A stretch of DNA of 64,000 nucleotides, taken from contig NC_057749.1 of assembly GCF_004010195.1 (NCBI RefSeq), positions 12,302,833 through 12,366,832 on the forward strand, in the 5' to 3' direction. This DNA is from Chiloscyllium plagiosum. Taxonomy: Eukaryota. The notes beneath the pieces were generated by a model. It was not told the DNA's origin, ran no database searches, and saw nothing but the letters and a program-made list of their open reading frames with translations. Numbering within the stretch: position 1 is the first letter of the stretch; every line of letters starts with the position of its first letter. The position numbers and the translations under genes were made by a program. Shown here piece by piece: positions 62,001-64,000 of the stretch.

Positions 62001-64000
62001 GAAGTTAGACTAATAGAACATGTAGCATTGCAGCTCAGTGAAGGCCCTTTGTGGATCCGCTCAGCTAATAGAGGAAGTTAGACTCAGAGAACATGGTGCA
62101 AAACAGTGCAGGAGAGGCCCTTTGTGGAACTGCTCGTCTAATAAAGGAAGTTTGACTAATACAACATAGGGCATCACAACGCAATACAGGCTCTTTATGG
62201 AACCGCTCGGCTAATACCGGAAATTTGACAAATACGACATAGAACATGATAGCTCTGTACAGGCGGTCGATGGAACTGGTCGTCTAATAAAGGAAGTTAG
62301 ACCCATAGAACATGGGGCATCACAGCACAATACAGGCCCCTTATGGAACCGCTTAGCTAATCAAGGAAGTTTGATAAATACAACGTGGAATATTACAGCG
62401 CACTACAGGCCCTTTATGCAACTGCTTGGCTAATACCGGACGTTAGATTAATACAAAATAGAACATTACAGCACAGTGCAGGACCTTTATGGAAATGCTT
62501 GGTGAATAAAGGAAGTAAGACTCATGAAAAATAGCACATTACAGCGCAGACGTTTGACAAATATAAGATAGAGCATGACAGCGCTGTACAGGCCGTCAAT
62601 GGAACCACTTGCCTATAAAGGATGTTCGACTCATCGAGCGTGGGGCATTAAGATGCAATATTGGCCCTTTATGTAACCGCTCAGCTAATAAAATAAGTTT
62701 GACTAATACAACATGTAACATCACAGCGTAGTACAAGCCCTTTATGCAAATTCTTGGCTAAAACCAGAAGTTTGACAAATACAACATAGAACATTACAGC
62801 CCTGTACAGGCTATCTATGGAACCGCTCTCCCAGTTAAGGAAGTTAGACTCATAGAACATGTGGTATTACAGCACAATACAGGCCCTTCATGGAACCACT
62901 CGGCTGATAATGGACACTAGACTAATACAACATAGAACATTACAGCACAGTACAGGCCCTTTATGCAACTGCTTGGCTGTTAGAGAAAGATAGAATAATA
63001 CAAAATAGAACATTACAGCGCAGTGCAGGCCCTTTATGGAACCGCTCGGTTAATAACAAAGTTAGACTAATACAACGTAGAACATTACAGCAATGCACAG
63101 TCCGTCTATGGAACCGCTTGCCTATAAAGGAAGTTAGACTCATAAAACATGGAGCATTACAGCGCAGTACAGGCCCTTTATGGAACTGCTCGGCTGATAA
63201 TGGATGCAAGACTAATACAACATAGAACATCACAGCTCTGGACAGGCCCATTATGGAACCGCTCAGCTAATAAAGAGTGGTAGTCTCAGAAAACATAGAT
63301 CATTACAGTGTAGTACAGGCACTATATGGAACCACTCGGCTAATACAGGAAGTTAGACTCATACAACATGGAGTATTAAAGCACAGTACAGGACTTTTAT
63401 GGAAATGATTGCCTAATAAAGGAAATAAGACACATTCAATATGCAGTACAGGACCTTTATGGAAATGCTTGGCTAATACAGGAAGTTAGACTGATAGAAC
63501 ATGGAGCATTGCAGCACAGTACAGGCCCTTTATGGAACCACTTAGCTAATACCAGACATTAAACCAATACAACACAGAACATTACAGTGCAGTACAGGCC
63601 TTTTATGGAACCGTTCAGCTAATAAAGATAGTTACACACGTAGAACATGACAGCACAGTACAGGCTCTTTATGGAACTGCTTTACTTTAAAAGAAGTTAG
63701 ACTAACGCAATATAGCACATTACAGCGCAGTACAGGCCCTTTATTTAACTGCTCAGCTAATATAGGATGTTAGACTCATAGAACAAAGAATATTACAGCA
63801 CAGTACAGAGCTTTATGGAACCATTCAGCTCATGAAGAAAATCAGCCTAATACAACATATCATATTACAGAGCAGTACAGGCTCTTTATGAAAACGTTCG
63901 GCTAATAAAGAAAGTTACACACATCGAGCTTTAAGAACATGACAGCGCAGTACAGGCCCTTTATGGAATCGCTCAGCTAACACAGGAAGTTAAAATAATA

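Larger units (their letters stand above)
57835..64000 (+). repeat. Diverged 73-bp satellite containing the antisense CR1 3' tail
   Basis: Unit approx ACTCATAGAACATGGAGCATTACAGCGCAGTACAGGCCCTTTATGGAACCGCTCGGCTAATAAAGGAAGTTAG; period 73 (58331 to 58404). Confidence 0.93.

Noticed and set aside
57835..64000. CRISPR-like repeat-spacer array
   Set aside because: The whole 73-bp unit is homologous between copies, so there are no unique spacers. There are no cas genes and the context is a vertebrate repeat landscape.

Overview
Eukaryotic, repeat-dominated DNA, most likely from a shark or other cartilaginous fish (inferred from HE1-type V-SINEs, CR1/HER1-type LINEs and a shark-type GPR139-like fragment). 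It has three 500-N scaffold gaps and no intact host gene that I can see. Contents: (i) many decayed, nested CR1 LINEs and SINEs; (ii) Penelope-like elements (RT + GIY-YIG) whose ends carry minimal hammerhead-ribozyme motifs of three sequence families, plus short fold-back derivatives inserted with 9-16 bp target-site duplications; (iii) a decayed Gmr1-type Gypsy element and a probable solo LTR; (iv) a muscarinic receptor (CHRM2/4-like) pseudogene split in TM4 by a 2.6-kb LINE; (v) a GPR139-like fragment; (vi) a perfect 129-bp hairpin and several tandem duplications; (vii) two adjoining satellites of 28 bp and 73 bp, the 73-bp one built around the CR1 3' tail; (viii) two unassigned coding-like relics. 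All family assignments come from motifs recognised by eye, with no database searches, and repeat boundaries are approximate.
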